Positions 42,001 to 43,381 of a stretch of DNA of 43,381 bases are shown here, piece by piece. The stretch lies in assembly GCA_009602735.1 (NCBI GenBank), contig WELA01002449.1, positions 537,984 to 581,364 on the forward strand, read 5' to 3'. Origin of the DNA: Mesotaenium endlicherianum. Lineage: Eukaryota. The notes under the pieces were generated by a model. That model saw only the letters and a program-made list of their open reading frames with translations, was not told where the DNA came from and ran no database searches. Both the position numbers and the translations under genes were made by a program. The stretch's first letter is position 1. Each line of letters opens with the position of its first letter.

Positions 42001-42431
42001 TTGTTTTCTTCCTCCTGCAGCTGCTTCCCGGGCTGCTTCCCAAAACCCCCAGCCCCTTTGCCCGTTGCACTACATCGCGTTCGTCGATTCTTCATCTGAA
42101 ACGGCCGCTCCGAGAAACCATTGGTTTCTCGAATCCTGCTGCGGTCACTGTTTGCACGAGGGGCATCGGTCCTTGCATTTCTAGCCGAATTCGTCCACAA
42201 AACTGCAGCGATTAGGTGTTTCCTGCGCATCCGTGTGTTCGGACAGCTACCAAGGGAGCAAGAAGTAGAGATGAAATGATTGCAATTATTGGACAAAGAA
42301 CCAAGCGACTTTGTTGATGTTCTTCCTGCACACTCATTGTGGCCACTGACCGTAAGCACATCGTGATCTGACGCAAAATGCCTGAAAAATTGGCATCCGC
42401 TGATATACCTCTGAGCACTCAGCGCTTCCAT
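36029..42431 (-). CDS. DUF3598 family beta-barrel protein (At2g44760-like), probable plastid transit peptide, ~550 aa
   Basis: Phase-compatible GT-AG exons 42431-41865, 41526-41432, 39381-39261, 38709-38591, 38147-37898, 37084-36932, 36376-36029. Motifs GSWEGTFT-QYD, LRVGVLGEDD..EEFPKGLKLPSRRPALVSESCL, RRIRAFHVLDPRG, LLGEWTG..RSKMYGAT, LLPDGVFMACP, RRRIVRTYDTDG.VVS match the recalled plant DUF3598 protein. Ser/Arg-rich N-terminal extension. Confidence 0.9.
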
Positions 42432-43340
42432 GAGGAACAAAAGAGCCTCCACCCAGTGCACTTACATGCTCTAATAGTAAGGAATGACGAAGAGAGTAAG
42501 AACGATGTTTGTGCTGGTTTGAGCTTATATACTGGATCACATGATTGACGTTAGCAACTGGCCGTACAGTCGTACTTGAATGATGTACTGTCATGGCGGG
42601 TCTTCGTCCGATTATATGACATGCCATGCCGATGGAAATCTTTTTTATGTTGGTAACTTGGTACGACAGTTATCCATCCGTGAACGATGAAACACGACTT
42701 TTCAACCTTTTAGCAGTTCGAAACGACAGACCGACTTTTCAAATGAGCGGCTTCTAGGTTTTGAGGTCGTGACCACCCTGAGAATGGGCAAAGGGGAAAA
42801 CGGCCGTTTCGAGGCCGTTAAGTAAGGCCGGAATGTCGTTTCGAACTTTTATAGAGGTCGGAAAACATACGAAAATTTTGTGCACTTTGTAGGGCAGCAT
42901 CCCGTAGCCAAAAGTAGGAAAACCTACTTTCTCTCGGAAATGTTTTACCAAATAAGTGGGGTTTTCCCACCTTTCAACAAGGTGGGTTTTCCAACCTTTC
43001 AACCAGGTGGGTTTTGACCTCCTTATGAATGGCAATTCACGAGCATGCCAATTTGGAGCTTCTTTTATAATATCATATTTATATTGATAAAATTGGTACA
43101 GACACTTAAAAATCCCAATATTAATATACTTTGCACCTCTGTAGCCACCTAATAAAAAAGTAAGAGCTAAGCTCTATCTCACAAGCATGACAGTAACCAA
43201 GTCTGTCCTACATCCTAGCGTCTAAGAGCTCATTATCCAGCTACGGGGGATGCAACCACCTCGTGGAAGTGCCTCTACCACCTCTTATTTGCCGCATTCT
43301 CCCTGCAAAAAAAAAACACATAATGTAAATTGTCCATTAA

Positions 43341-43342
<2 letters not shown>

Positions 43343-43381
<39 letters not shown>
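43343..43381. repeat. (AG)n microsatellite running off the window end
   Basis: Direct reading. Confidence 0.95.

Overview
Eukaryotic nuclear DNA with GC-rich GT-AG exons, long microsatellite-rich introns and six N-gaps (2906-3191, 3594-4266, 6765-6839, 14496-15311, 22577-22760, 31324-32151). The plant-type gene set suggests a streptophyte alga (inference; species not determined). By hand-splicing I reconstruct five protein genes: (1) MSI1/RBBP4 WD40 histone chaperone (+, 3232-8641, 5' exons not visible); (2) an intron-containing, secreted, extremely basic PstS-like phosphate-binding protein (+, 13641-17742); (3) a 7-exon uncharacterised plant-type Gly-motif protein (-, 27262-19327); (4) a GT61/DUF563-like glycosyltransferase with apparently degenerate catalytic motifs (+, 27970-34904); (5) a DUF3598 protein, probably plastid-targeted (-, 42431-36029). 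Upstream of the first visible MSI1 exon lie a decayed, intron-retaining UPF1 fragment on the opposite strand and a degenerate tRNA-like element. Several 3' splice sites are preceded by tandem duplications. Most ORFs in the supplied track are spurious (repeats, N-gaps, antisense shadows). Family assignments rest on recalled consensus motifs, not database searches. No CRISPR array, rRNA or intact transposon was seen.
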